Assembly (NCBI GenBank): GCA_965204575.1
Contig: OZ241993.1
Span: 512,001-576,000 of the forward strand
Length of the DNA: 64,000 nucleotides
DNA from: an uncultured candidatus Porisulfidus sp.
GTDB lineage: Bacteria; Pseudomonadota; Gammaproteobacteria; Poriferisulfidales; Poriferisulfidaceae
Direction: 5' to 3'
The notes under the pieces are model-generated. The model was not told where the DNA came from. It worked only from the letters and a program-made list of their open reading frames with translations, and searched no databases. This document shows positions 52,739 to 63,102 of the stretch, one piece after another (the stretch's first letter is position 1; every line of letters starts with the position of its first letter). The translations under genes and the position numbers were made by a program.

Positions 52739-53119
52739 ATGGATGAAATAACGATCAACCGGGTACGTCAGCGACGCAAGGAATTGAATAACGAAATTGC
52801 GAAGATGCAAGAAGAGCTAGGTCGGCTCAATGCATACCTATCGGTTCACGAAGAGTTCAGTCGGCCTCCATCTAGGGCAGTGTCTGGCAAGGAAATCGAC
52901 GCGCTGTGTCAGATGGTGCTGCGCTATGCCCCTGAGCCCATGACACCCGCGCAGTTAGTAGATGCGCTCAAGGATCGGTTTGGAGCAGTGATCGATGCTG
53001 CGAACCCAGCGAGGTTGGTTTCCACGCGCATGTCGATGCTTGCCTCAGTTGAGAGCACGGAAGATGGCTGGCAGTTGGTGCCAGGCCGTATCGAACTTGA
53101 ATCGGAGGCGTACGAATGA
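52739..53119 (+). CDS. Hypothetical protein: N-terminal coiled coil plus probable winged HTH
   Basis: Heptad-rich N-terminus; VLRYAPEPMTPAQLVDAL..VSTRMS..GWQL resembles winged-helix domains; start placed downstream of the promoter. Confidence 0.6.
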   Translation: MDEITINRVRQRRKELNNEIAKMQEELGRLNAYLSVHEEFSRPPSRAVSGKEIDALCQMVLRYAPEPMTPAQLVDALKDRFGAVIDAANPARLVSTRMSMLASVESTEDGWQLVPGRIELESEAYE

Positions 53120-54003
53120 CCGAAAAGATTACCTACAAGAAGCCGCTCTACATCCGGGTCTGGTTGGAAACAGCACTGAAGAAGGAATGGCTGAAATTCG
53201 CGGCGACACCCGTGATGCCGGACATGGCACCGGGATATGAGGAAGCCCAGGCGTGGGGATACGTTGTCGCGGGATACTTCCTGATCGAACAGGGCCTCAA
53301 GGCGGTTCTACACATGCGGGGCATCCAATCGGCAAAGACACATGCGTTGTCCGTCCTGTTCTTTGAACTTCCGGCAGAAGATCAGGACATGCTGCGCATC
53401 TACTATGATGACTTTCGCCATACCTTTCCCGGCATGAGTTTGTTTCCGTTTTCGACACTTGACGAATTTCTGGTTAATCTGGATGGCACCCGGAACAGCC
53501 GGGGCCAGCGTGCTGGATCCTTCGATTGGCGGTACTTCCTGACGGAGGAGGGCAGCGGCGCATCGATGCCGCTTGTCAGTATTAATGTAATGCATGAGAT
53601 CGTATACGGGTGCGTGCAGCTGGTCAGTTCGACCGACAAGGGGGATCAAAAGGCAGACAGAGCTACCTATAGTTGGCGCCTCCGATGGGAAAGATCAAGG
53701 CTTCAGCAGGACTGGTTGACGGTTCGTATGAATTCTCCGGAATGGGGAAAGGAAGGTGACCGGCTCGAGATCTTGTCGGGACCGGCGTATGGCGACCGGT
53801 ATGACTATCTGGTGTTCAAGGATGGTCAGATTCGGTCTTTCTTCGCACCGCTTCCTAGAACGGAAGAAGCCGGACTTACGGTCTTGGACAAGCGAGTTGA
53901 AATGGAATCGTTCGACCCAAAGGAAGGGTTCCGTAGCATCGGTGTCACTGTAAGTAAGCCGACGAAGCGTCGGGAACCTACGTCCCATCACGTGATGTTC
54001 TAG
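53116..54003 (+). CDS. Hypothetical protein with HEPN-like N-terminal domain
   Basis: IEQGLKAVL..KTHALSVLF and WRY..E resemble the ExxLK/xHxL/RY HEPN class; ATGA overlap with the upstream gene. Confidence 0.6.
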   Translation: MTEKITYKKPLYIRVWLETALKKEWLKFAATPVMPDMAPGYEEAQAWGYVVAGYFLIEQGLKAVLHMRGIQSAKTHALSVLFFELPAEDQDMLRIYYDDFRHTFPGMSLFPFSTLDEFLVNLDGTRNSRGQRAGSFDWRYFLTEEGSGASMPLVSINVMHEIVYGCVQLVSSTDKGDQKADRATYSWRLRWERSRLQQDWLTVRMNSPEWGKEGDRLEILSGPAYGDRYDYLVFKDGQIRSFFAPLPRTEEAGLTVLDKRVEMESFDPKEGFRSIGVTVSKPTKRREPTSHHVMF

Positions 54004-54218
54004 GAGGCAACGCCACCATGCGAATTTGCCCCCAAACCAACGTCCCCAGATGCCATCGCAACCCACCTGCCGCTGGTCTCGCTGTGTGCAGTTTTCTGGA
54101 ATCATCAACATTCTTGACGCCCTGGGCGGAATAGAGGACTATAAATAGCGTGCCGAAGCGTCTTTTTGCAAATCATGAAGATTGAACACAGACGACCCTC
54201 TCCCGCGAGCCACATCTC

Positions 54219-55934
54219 ATGAAACGCTACGATGTTGTCACCGAAGAAAAGGCTGGTGGAGCAGTTTACACACCGAAATCATTGGCTGATTTCGTGTCGC
54301 AACAAATTACGAACATGGCTGGCGAGATGACCACTGGAAATTCGCTTTGTATCCTAGACCCTGCCGTTGGCGATGGAGAACTTCTTGTCAGTCTTCTTGA
54401 GCGCTTGCCATGCCGACCAAATCCCCATATTCAAGTTTGTGGTTTCGAAACAGACCCCGAAGCTCTGGATACCGCTAGAAAACGGATTGAACGGCAGTTC
54501 CCTGACATTCCCCTCTCTTTCAAGCTAGGCAACTTTCTCGAATTCATTCTCGAATATTTCGCGCTTAACGGCAATGAAAATCTATTCCATTCTGCTGTTC
54601 CCAAAGTTTACGACCTTGTCATTGCAAATCCCCCCTATGTGCGCACGCAGATCATGGGGGCACAACGGGCGCAGCAACTTTCAGAGCAATTTGGCCTCTC
54701 TGGCCGTGTCGACCTCTATCATGCATTCATCATCGGTATCTCCCAAGTGCTCAAGCCACAGGGTACGGCCGGGATTATCGTGTCCAACCGCTTCATGACC
54801 ACCAAGTCTGGCGCGGCCGTGCGGCGAGCTCTCTTTGACCGATTCAATGTCCGCCATGCTTGGGATTTGGGCGACACGAAACTTTTCGAAGCTGCGGTCC
54901 TGCCAGCGGTCTTGCTTGTTCAAGGAAAGCATGACCACCAGCGGGAGTCACCCGCATTTACATCCATCTACCAAACATCTGAACCTGCGAGCAAAACGGC
55001 CACTGACCCCATTTCTGCGCTCCGCACAGAAGGAATCGTGAGAGTCAGCGACGGACGGAACTTTCAAGTCCAGCATGGAAAGATAGACACGGGCGGCAAA
55101 CCCGATGGTGTCTGGCGCGTCGCAACAGAGGCAAGCGACAATTGGCTGAATGCCGTGGCGGCACGTAGTTGGGGCACTTTCCGCGATATTGGGAAAATAC
55201 GTGTTGGGGTTAAGACTTGCGCAGATAAAATTTTCATTCGTAATGATTGGTATGACATTGCGGAGACTGATCGACCAGAACTTCTTAAGCCGCTTACGAC
55301 CCATCATGTTGCCCGGCGCTTCAAGTCTCTTTCATCCGACCAACCAACTCAAATCCTCTATCCACACGAGATAGCAGAAGGCCGTCGCCGCGCCGTTGAC
55401 CTAGATCGGTACCCTCGTAGCCAGGCCTATCTCGCAGCGCATCGACCGATCTTGGAGAGCCGAAAGTACGTCATCGAGGCAGGCCGACAGTGGTATGAAA
55501 TCTGGGTTCCGCAAGATCCGGGTGCTTGGGACCAACCGAAACTCGTATTCCGGGACATTGCGGATCAGCCGACATTCTGGATCGATTTGGATGGTTCCGT
55601 TGTCAACGGAGATTGTTATTGGCTTGCTGTTGAGAACTCCGCTGACTTGGACCTTCTCTGGCTCGCGGTCGCTGTTGCAAACTCGACATTTATCGAACAA
55701 TTCTACGATCTCCGGTTTCACAACAAACTTTATGCGGGCCGCCGGCGATTTATGACGCAGTATGTTGAAAATTTTCCTCTTCCCGACCCACGTAATTCTT
55801 TGGGCAAGTCCATCATCGCCAAAGCGAAGCGGATACACCGAGTTATGCCCTCCCCGTCCAGCGAGACACTTCAGCAGGAACTGAACGCGATGGTCTGGAA
55901 AGCGTTTTCCAGCAGCGCTCTCGCCTATGGCTAG
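54219..55934 (+). CDS. Type II N6-adenine DNA methyltransferase (gamma class, TaqI/BseCI-like)
   Basis: GAVYTP, LDPAVGDGEL (motif I), IANPPY (motif IV), DLYHAFI, C-terminal TRD; lower GC. Confidence 0.92.
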   Translation: MKRYDVVTEEKAGGAVYTPKSLADFVSQQITNMAGEMTTGNSLCILDPAVGDGELLVSLLERLPCRPNPHIQVCGFETDPEALDTARKRIERQFPDIPLSFKLGNFLEFILEYFALNGNENLFHSAVPKVYDLVIANPPYVRTQIMGAQRAQQLSEQFGLSGRVDLYHAFIIGISQVLKPQGTAGIIVSNRFMTTKSGAAVRRALFDRFNVRHAWDLGDTKLFEAAVLPAVLLVQGKHDHQRESPAFTSIYQTSEPASKTATDPISALRTEGIVRVSDGRNFQVQHGKIDTGGKPDGVWRVATEASDNWLNAVAARSWGTFRDIGKIRVGVKTCADKIFIRNDWYDIAETDRPELLKPLTTHHVARRFKSLSSDQPTQILYPHEIAEGRRRAVDLDRYPRSQAYLAAHRPILESRKYVIEAGRQWYEIWVPQDPGAWDQPKLVFRDIADQPTFWIDLDGSVVNGDCYWLAVENSADLDLLWLAVAVANSTFIEQFYDLRFHNKLYAGRRRFMTQYVENFPLPDPRNSLGKSIIAKAKRIHRVMPSPSSETLQQELNAMVWKAFSSSALAYG

Positions 55935-55946
55935 CAACTCTTTTTT

Positions 55947-56996
55947 TCAGTCAAAAAAATCCAACGGCAATGGTATTTGGAGTTTCTTATTCAGCACTTT
56001 GCCCTGAAACTGCGGAAATCGAGTAAAAAAGTTCTCACCGGTGCTCAGAAACAAATGCGTCAATGTCACCATTTCCCCGTCTGTTTCAGCGTAGAACAGA
56101 GCATAGCGGACATCGCAATGCCGGATTTGCCTGCCACTGATCTTCGGTATATCAAATGTTTCCTCACTGTTTGGGCACACCAAGCCCAGATCAATAGTCG
56201 GTGACGTTTGGAGCTTTACTTCCAACAGTTGATGCCGGACATCAGGAAATTGACCATCGTCGCGATATTCGGCATATCCTAAGTACTGACATACAAGTCT
56301 ATGCAATAGTGCACCCCGATTGCGTTCCTGATCATGCCCAGCGTCGACAAATGATACGCCGACAAGAGACCGAAGCCGATTGAACATCTCCTGGATCGGT
56401 AATAGTTCTTTCGCGCTTGGATCGTCCGCCGGACTTTTCGCGGCCGATAGATCAACGCCTGCCCGCACAATGGCGTCAAGTGTTTCTGTATCCTTCTCGC
56501 CGACTAGTTCGGCCTTTGTGCTACCGGGAATCAGCCTTGCTTGATACTTCTGAGTCAGGGTCCCCGTTGTATCCAGTAACGCTAGTGTGTTGCCTGCGAC
56601 CACTTTAATCTTGGTGATCACGTCCTCCGGTCCTACTCGAATAATCACGTAACGCCGTGTGGGCGCCAGTTCTTCATTCCAGATCTGAAGGTTGTTTGAT
56701 TTCTGCGTGTAAACATCAAAGAGTTGACCCGGGAAGCGGGGTTGCACTTTTTTGAAACTAGGCGGTACCGGGTATCCAAGCGAGAGACACACATGTTCCT
56801 TAACAACCTTTGAGCGGGTCCGTAGCGAGAGTCCGGCAAGTGAAATGCCAGACATGGCCATGTTGAGCAATTCCTCCAGTCTCGGCGTTGGGATCCAAAG
56901 ATCTGGGTCACCGATCTCGATATGGTCGTAGATTGACAACCCGCTTCGGCGGATTGCTTCAACGTATCGCTTTGCCCCAATACCGTTAGATGCCAT
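55947..56996 (-). CDS. Putative type II restriction endonuclease, convergent with the MTase
   Basis: QFPDVRHQLLEVKLQ PD-(D/E)xK motif; adjacent to the MTase; start placed at ATG 56996 because the longer ORF overlaps the RND gene. Confidence 0.8.
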   Translation of the reverse strand: MASNGIGAKRYVEAIRRSGLSIYDHIEIGDPDLWIPTPRLEELLNMAMSGISLAGLSLRTRSKVVKEHVCLSLGYPVPPSFKKVQPRFPGQLFDVYTQKSNNLQIWNEELAPTRRYVIIRVGPEDVITKIKVVAGNTLALLDTTGTLTQKYQARLIPGSTKAELVGEKDTETLDAIVRAGVDLSAAKSPADDPSAKELLPIQEMFNRLRSLVGVSFVDAGHDQERNRGALLHRLVCQYLGYAEYRDDGQFPDVRHQLLEVKLQTSPTIDLGLVCPNSEETFDIPKISGRQIRHCDVRYALFYAETDGEMVTLTHLFLSTGENFFTRFPQFQGKVLNKKLQIPLPLDFFD

Positions 56997-57025
56997 TGCC
57001 AAACATTTTCTATAGAAGTCCTGCG

Positions 57026-60000
57026 CTAGACCGGTTGATCCACAGGTCCTTTCGCCTTGCCCAACTGCAAGAGGCAGGGCAGCAGAATCAGCGTGAAGGC
57101 GGTGCTGACGGCCATTCCGCCGATGATAACACTCGCGAATCCCTTGTAGATCTCGGACCCGGGTCCCGGTAGGAGCAGCAGGGGCATCATCCCGAAAATT
57201 CCGGTGAGGGTACTCATGAGAATAGGCCGCAGGCGGATGTGCACGGACTCCCACACGGCGTCGTGCCTTGATCTTCCCTCGCGTTCGGCGGCGCGCGCCT
57301 GATGCACGAGCAGGATCGCATTGTTCACGACCAGGCCCAAAACAACAATAAAGCCGAGCATGGTCAAGAGATCCGCGGGAAGGCCCAGGAAGCGCAGCAT
57401 GAACACGCCTCCCACCGTTGCGAGCGGCAGCACCAGGATGACCCAGATTCCGTCGATGAATGATCGGAACAAGGCGCTGACCAGCAAGTAAAGAATGATG
57501 ATCGCCAAGACGAAACTGCTGGCGAAACTCTGGATTGCCGTCTTCAGGTTGTCCGCGGAACCGCTGAGCCGGATTTCCCCGTCCTCGGGCAATTCCCGTT
57601 CCATCACCGGCACGACCTCCTGGTTTATTTTCTCGATCACCTCTTCCAGCGGCATGCCGTCGGGCGGGCGCAGTTCCAGCGTCACCGTGCGCCGCCGGTC
57701 CAGGCGACGGATCTGGTTCGGACCGGCCGTGCGCTGGATGTCGACCAGTTCGCTGACCGGCAAGACGCCCCCGTCTGTTGTGTACAGGGGGATGGCCGCC
57801 AATTCCTCCGGGGTCTTCCAGGGCTCCACCCTGGCGATCACGTCCAGTTTCTTCTCGCCGTCAAAACGCTCGCCCACGAACAGGCCCTGGCCGAGGAACC
57901 GGGCAATCTTCGCCATCACGAGCCGGCTCCAGCCGATTTCGGCCAGGCGTTCATCCTTGGGTTCCATCCGCAGTTCGGGTTCGGCCAGTTCCAGGCCGGG
58001 ACGCGGACGGGCGCGGGCGCCGTTGAAGACTTCCGGGATCTTGGCAAACCCGACCCTCGCGGCCTGCAGCAGATCGTCGATGTTGCTCCCCTGGACATTG
58101 ATGTCGATTTCGGCGCGTCCGCCGATGCCGCTGAACAGGGAAGCCTTCTGCGCGATGGCGAAACTGTCCGGGAAACCCGACACGACCTCGTTCACCACGC
58201 CGACCAGCTGGTTGATTTCTTCCTTGTCGGGGTTTTCGGCCCGCGCCCCCAGGAAGATGGAGCCCTCCGCGGCGACGAAGAAGAAGCGTTTGACCTTCGG
58301 CGTTTTTTCGCCTTCCAGGTAGGGTTGCAGGCGCTCGACGATCACCTCGCCCATTTCCTTCTCGATGTGGTCGATATTGACGCCCGGGGGCGGGATGATG
58401 ATGCCGATCACCAGGTTGCGGTTGCCCGTGGGCATGTAGTCGGTCTTGGGGAACGCCAGGTACGTAAGGGTCACCGCCGCCCCGATCAGCCCGGCGATCC
58501 ACAATGCGCGCAGGGTGGCCGTGCCGGTCAGGCCCATGATGACCGAGGTCGCGCGGTTCCACCAGTCCTCGTGCAGGCTCGTCAGTTCTTCCCCGGCCAG
58601 GAGCTTGTGCTTTGCGACGGGGATGACGACGCTTGCGACCAGCAGCGAGGTCGCGATGGCGACCGAGATCACGATGGCGAGGTCCGCGAACAGCTGGCCG
58701 CTCTGGTCCTTCATGAAGATGATGGGCAGGAATATCGCGACCGTCGTCACGGTGGACGCGAACAGGGCCGGCCAGACCTGGCGCACCCCTTCGAGCGAGG
58801 CTTCCCGCGAGGCCATGCCCCGCTCGCGCATGCGCACGATGTTCTCCAGCACGATGATGGCGGCATCCATGACCATCCCCACGGCGAAAGCCATGCCCGC
58901 CAGGGAAATGATGTTGATGGTGCGGCCCGTCATGTTCATCACGACGAGCGTCACGAACAGGCACAACGGGATGGTCAGGGCGACGGTCAGCGTGGCCCGC
59001 AGTTTCCGGAGGAACCACCACAGGATTGCCACAGCGAACAGGATGCCCAGGCTCAGGCTGTTGCGCAGCAGCCGGATGGCGCTGTCGATGTAGACGGTCT
59101 CGTCGTAGACCTGTTCGAGGACGAGATTGGCGCGCTTGATGGGGCCGCGTTGCATCTCCTCGACCGCGGCACGGATATCGTCCATGGTTTCGAGCACGTT
59201 GACGCCCGTCTGGCGGTAGGCGTTGACCGCGATGGAATGGCCTTCCCTGGTGACCACGAAATTGCTGCGGTCCGCGGGCAGGCGTTCAACGCGGGCGATA
59301 TCCCCCAGGGTGACCGGCTCGCCTTCGCGCCACGCCAGGATCAGTTCCTTGAGTTGCCGGGCGTTCAACGCGCCGGCATAGCGCAGCGTGTAGCGGCGTT
59401 TCCCGACGTCCGCCGTGCCGCCGGAGATGTCTTCGTTTCCGGAAGCGAGCCCGATCGCCTGGGTCAGGTCCACCCCCAGCCCGGCCGCCTTGTACGGGTC
59501 GACCGTGATGCGGACCTCGTTCTCGTTGCCGCCGTACACCTGGGAGAGGGCGACCCCGGGAACCCGCTCCAGGCGCGGTTGGACGGATTCTTCGATGAAG
59601 TCCTGGTAGGCGCTGATCGGTCTTGGGTTGCCTTCGGCCGGCCGGATGACGAACCAGGCAATGGGGCGGCCCCGGCCTCCCGATGTGCTGAGTATGGGCT
59701 CGTCCGCATCTTCGGGATAGCTGGGGACGCGGTTCAGGCGGTTGATGACTTCGACCAGGGCGCGGTCCAGTTCCTGGTCCACTTGGAAGGTGATCGTGAT
59801 CTTTCCGGTGCCCATGTTGGCTTCGGAGAGCAGTTCCTTCGCACCGGGCAGCCCGCGGAGCTGCTTCTCCTGGGGCTCGATGATCTCGGCCTCGACCTCC
59901 TCCGGCGCGGCGGCCCGCCAGGTGGTCGTGATGACGATTTCGGGCTGCTCCACCTCGGGGACAAGCTGGATCGGCAGGTGGGTCAGGGTCACCGACCCGA

Positions 60001-60070
60001 ACAGGATGGCAAGCAGGCACCCGGCCAGCGTTGCCACGGGGTTCCCTAGGGCAAGCCGGATGAGACCCAT
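57026..60070 (-). CDS. RND efflux permease
   Basis: 1014 aa; APEEVEAEII, GMVMDAAIIVLEN, RLRPILMST. Confidence 0.94.
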   Translation of the reverse strand: MGLIRLALGNPVATLAGCLLAILFGSVTLTHLPIQLVPEVEQPEIVITTTWRAAAPEEVEAEIIEPQEKQLRGLPGAKELLSEANMGTGKITITFQVDQELDRALVEVINRLNRVPSYPEDADEPILSTSGGRGRPIAWFVIRPAEGNPRPISAYQDFIEESVQPRLERVPGVALSQVYGGNENEVRITVDPYKAAGLGVDLTQAIGLASGNEDISGGTADVGKRRYTLRYAGALNARQLKELILAWREGEPVTLGDIARVERLPADRSNFVVTREGHSIAVNAYRQTGVNVLETMDDIRAAVEEMQRGPIKRANLVLEQVYDETVYIDSAIRLLRNSLSLGILFAVAILWWFLRKLRATLTVALTIPLCLFVTLVVMNMTGRTINIISLAGMAFAVGMVMDAAIIVLENIVRMRERGMASREASLEGVRQVWPALFASTVTTVAIFLPIIFMKDQSGQLFADLAIVISVAIATSLLVASVVIPVAKHKLLAGEELTSLHEDWWNRATSVIMGLTGTATLRALWIAGLIGAAVTLTYLAFPKTDYMPTGNRNLVIGIIIPPPGVNIDHIEKEMGEVIVERLQPYLEGEKTPKVKRFFFVAAEGSIFLGARAENPDKEEINQLVGVVNEVVSGFPDSFAIAQKASLFSGIGGRAEIDINVQGSNIDDLLQAARVGFAKIPEVFNGARARPRPGLELAEPELRMEPKDERLAEIGWSRLVMAKIARFLGQGLFVGERFDGEKKLDVIARVEPWKTPEELAAIPLYTTDGGVLPVSELVDIQRTAGPNQIRRLDRRRTVTLELRPPDGMPLEEVIEKINQEVVPVMERELPEDGEIRLSGSADNLKTAIQSFASSFVLAIIILYLLVSALFRSFIDGIWVILVLPLATVGGVFMLRFLGLPADLLTMLGFIVVLGLVVNNAILLVHQARAAEREGRSRHDAVWESVHIRLRPILMSTLTGIFGMMPLLLLPGPGSEIYKGFASVIIGGMAVSTAFTLILLPCLLQLGKAKGPVDQPV

Positions 60071-60080
60071 AGATCGCTTT

Positions 60081-61130
60081 CTACAGGGGCTTCACTTGGA
60101 CCGGCATGCCGGGGCGCAGGTTTTCGCCGCCGCGGATCACCACCCGGTCATGTTCCCGGATTCCGCCGACCACCTCGATGCGATCAGGCGTGGCGATCCC
60201 GGTCTGCACCGCCACCCTCTCGGCGATGGACTCCTGGTTCACCCGGTACACGTAAATTCCTTCACGGCGCAAAATCAAGGCGTCACGGGGCACCAGCACG
60301 GCCTCGCGCGGGAGCGCGGTCGGCACGGCCACGCGCAGCAGGTTGCCGGCGCTCAGGGAGGGATCCGTCACGGAGAGCCTCAGTTCGTACAGCCGGGACA
60401 CGTCCCCGCCGATCGGCACGATCGTGCGCACCGTGCCGGTTCCGGAGACCTTCCCGTCGGTGTAGGTCAGCGAGGTGCCGACCGTTGCAAGCTTCAGGGA
60501 ACTGGCCGGAATGTGGGTCTCGACCTCCAGGTTGTCGGCGCTGACTAGGCGCACGATGGCGTCCCCGTTGTCGGCCCACTCCCCGGCCTGCAGCCATCGT
60601 TCCGACACGACGCCGTCGAAAGGCGCGAGGATGCTGGTGCGTTTGAGGCGTTCTTTCGCCTGCGACAGGCGGGCCTGGGCGGACAGGATATTGTTGTGCG
60701 CGACGGAGCGGTCCATTCTTTCCTGATCGACCTGGCTGCGCGCAATGTTGTTTTCCTGCAGCAGCTTCTCCAGGCGTTCCACCTGCCGGGTGTGGAAATC
60801 GAACTTGGCCTGTTCCCGCTGGATGATGGACTGCTCCTCGATGACCTGCTGGCGGAAGAAGGTGTCGTCCAGCTTGGCGACGGTTTCCCCCTTGAGGAAG
60901 CGATCGCCGACTTCCGCGACCCACGTCAGGCGACCGGCGATTTCCCCGGCCAGCTTCGCGTCGTCCCGGCTGATGACCGTGGCGCTGTACAGCGCGGTGG
61001 GAGACACGAACTGCTTGACCGCGTGATCGACCACGACGAGTGCGGCGGGCGGCCCCTTCTGGTCTTCCGCCAGCGTCGCAGAGGCGGGCAGGACCAAGGC
61101 CAAGGCGACGGCGGCAAGTACGGGTCTCAT
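60081..61130 (-). CDS. RND efflux periplasmic adaptor (MFP)
   Basis: Signal peptide from ATG 61130; [22 protein letters not shown]. Confidence 0.9.
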   Translation of the reverse strand: MRPVLAAVALALVLPASATLAEDQKGPPAALVVVDHAVKQFVSPTALYSATVISRDDAKLAGEIAGRLTWVAEVGDRFLKGETVAKLDDTFFRQQVIEEQSIIQREQAKFDFHTRQVERLEKLLQENNIARSQVDQERMDRSVAHNNILSAQARLSQAKERLKRTSILAPFDGVVSERWLQAGEWADNGDAIVRLVSADNLEVETHIPASSLKLATVGTSLTYTDGKVSGTGTVRTIVPIGGDVSRLYELRLSVTDPSLSAGNLLRVAVPTALPREAVLVPRDALILRREGIYVYRVNQESIAERVAVQTGIATPDRIEVVGGIREHDRVVIRGGENLRPGMPVQVKPL

Positions 61131-63088
61131 GGGGAAGCCCGGTTCATCCGGTTCTCGATCAGGTCGTCGACCACGGCCGGGTCGGCCAGCGTCGAGGTGT
61201 CGCCCAGTTCCGCGTAGTCGTCGGCCGCAATCTTGCGCAGGATCCGGCGCATGATCTTCCCGGAGCGGGTCTTCGGCAGCCCCGGCGCCCACTGGATGAG
61301 GTCCGGTCGTGCGATCGGCCCGATCTGCTCGCGCACCCAGGCGCCCAGAGCCCCCCGCAATTCCTCGTCCGGGTCCTGCCCGGCCATCAGCGTGACATAG
61401 GCATAGATGCCTTGGCCCTTGATCTCGTGAGGGAACCCCACGACGGCCGCTTCCGCCACCTGCGGATGCGCGACCAGCGCCGACTCCACTTCGGCGGTGC
61501 CCATGCGGTGCCCCGAGACGTTGATCACGTCGTCGACCCGACCGGTGATCCAGTAATCGCCGTCTTCGTCGCGGCGGGCGCCGTCGCCGGTGAAGTAACG
61601 CCCGGGGTATTGGGTGAAATACGTGTCGATGAATCGCTGGTGGTTGCCGTAGACCGTGCGCATCTGCCCGGGCCAGCTGTCCGCGATGCACAGGTTGCCT
61701 TCACCGGCGCCTTCAATTTCATTTCCCTGGGCATCCACAAGGACCGGCTGAATTCCGAAGAACGGACGGGTCGCGGAGCCCGGCTTCAGGTCCATGGCGC
61801 CGGGCAGCGGGGCGATCATGATTCCGCCCGTCTCGGTCTGCCACCAGGTGTCCGCCACCGGGCAGCGGCCGTCGCCGATGACTTGGTGATAGAACAACCA
61901 GGCTTCCGGGTTGATGGGCTCGCCGACCGTGCCGAGCACGCGGAGCGTCTTCCGGGAAGTCCTGCGCACCGGTTCCATGCCCTCGCGCATCAGTGCGCGG
62001 ATGGCCGTCGGCGCGGTGTAGAACAGGGAGACCTGGTGCTTGTCGCAGACTTGCCAGAATCGTGACGCATCCGGGTAGTTTGGCACGCCTTCGAACATCA
62101 GGGTGGTGGCACCGTTGGCCAGCGGGCCGTAAACGATGTAGCTGTGCCCGGTGACCCAGCCGACGTCGGCCGTGCACCAGTAGATCTCGCTCTCGTGATA
62201 GTCGAACACGTACTGGTGGGTCATCGAGGCGTAAACCAGGTAGCCACCGGTGGTGTGCAGCACGCCTTTCGGCTTGCCGGTCGAGCCCGAGGTGTAGAGG
62301 ATGAACAGCGGATCCTCTGCAGCCATCTCTTCCGGCGGGCAGTCGTCATCGACCTGTGCGTCCAGGTCGTGCGCCCAAAGGTCGCGGCCTTCGTTCCATG
62401 CGATTTCTGCGCCGGTATGCCGCACGACAACCACATGTTCGACCGAGGGACAAGTCTCGACTGCCCGGTCGGTGTTTGCCTTGAGCGGGATCCGCTTGCC
62501 GCCGCGCACGCCCTCGTCGGCCGTGATGACCATGTTGCTGTCGGCATCGCGGATGCGTCCCGCCATCGCTTCAGGCGAGAAACCGCCGAACACCACGGAG
62601 TGGATGGCGCCGATCCGTGTGCATGCCAGCATGGCGACGGCCGCTTCCGGGATCATCGGCATGTAGATGGTGATCCGGTCGCCTTTTCTGGCGCCGGCTG
62701 CCTTGAGACCGTTGGCGAACCGGCAGACCTGCCGGTGCAGTTCCCGGTAGGTGATGGCCTTGTCCTGATCCGGCTCATCGCCCTCCCACAGGATGGCGAC
62801 CTGATTCCCACGCGATTCGAGATGGCGGTCGACGCAGTTGTAGCAGGCGTTCAGGGTGCCGTCGTAGAACCAGCGGATATGCAGATCGGACGCATCGTAG
62901 GAGACGTCCCGGATGTGCGTGTAGGGCCGGATCCAATCGATTCTACGGCCGTGCTCCAGCCAGAACCCCTCCGGGTCCTCGATCGAGCGGCGATAGTTTT
63001 CAAGATATCCGGCCCGGTCGACCCACGCCGTTTTCGCCAGGGCGTCAGGGACCGGGAAAAGCTGGCCGGAAAGCGAAGCGTCGGCCAT
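61127..63088 (-). CDS. acs: Acetyl-CoA synthetase
   Basis: [45 protein letters not shown]. Confidence 0.97.
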   Translation of the reverse strand: MADASLSGQLFPVPDALAKTAWVDRAGYLENYRRSIEDPEGFWLEHGRRIDWIRPYTHIRDVSYDASDLHIRWFYDGTLNACYNCVDRHLESRGNQVAILWEGDEPDQDKAITYRELHRQVCRFANGLKAAGARKGDRITIYMPMIPEAAVAMLACTRIGAIHSVVFGGFSPEAMAGRIRDADSNMVITADEGVRGGKRIPLKANTDRAVETCPSVEHVVVVRHTGAEIAWNEGRDLWAHDLDAQVDDDCPPEEMAAEDPLFILYTSGSTGKPKGVLHTTGGYLVYASMTHQYVFDYHESEIYWCTADVGWVTGHSYIVYGPLANGATTLMFEGVPNYPDASRFWQVCDKHQVSLFYTAPTAIRALMREGMEPVRRTSRKTLRVLGTVGEPINPEAWLFYHQVIGDGRCPVADTWWQTETGGIMIAPLPGAMDLKPGSATRPFFGIQPVLVDAQGNEIEGAGEGNLCIADSWPGQMRTVYGNHQRFIDTYFTQYPGRYFTGDGARRDEDGDYWITGRVDDVINVSGHRMGTAEVESALVAHPQVAEAAVVGFPHEIKGQGIYAYVTLMAGQDPDEELRGALGAWVREQIGPIARPDLIQWAPGLPKTRSGKIMRRILRKIAADDYAELGDTSTLADPAVVDDLIENRMNRASP

Positions 63089-63102
63089 GGGATCGTTGCG
63101 GC

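Noticed and set aside
56997-57254. N-terminal extension of the restriction endonuclease ORF
   Set aside because: Out-of-frame overlap with the RND 3' end; composition shifts near 57000
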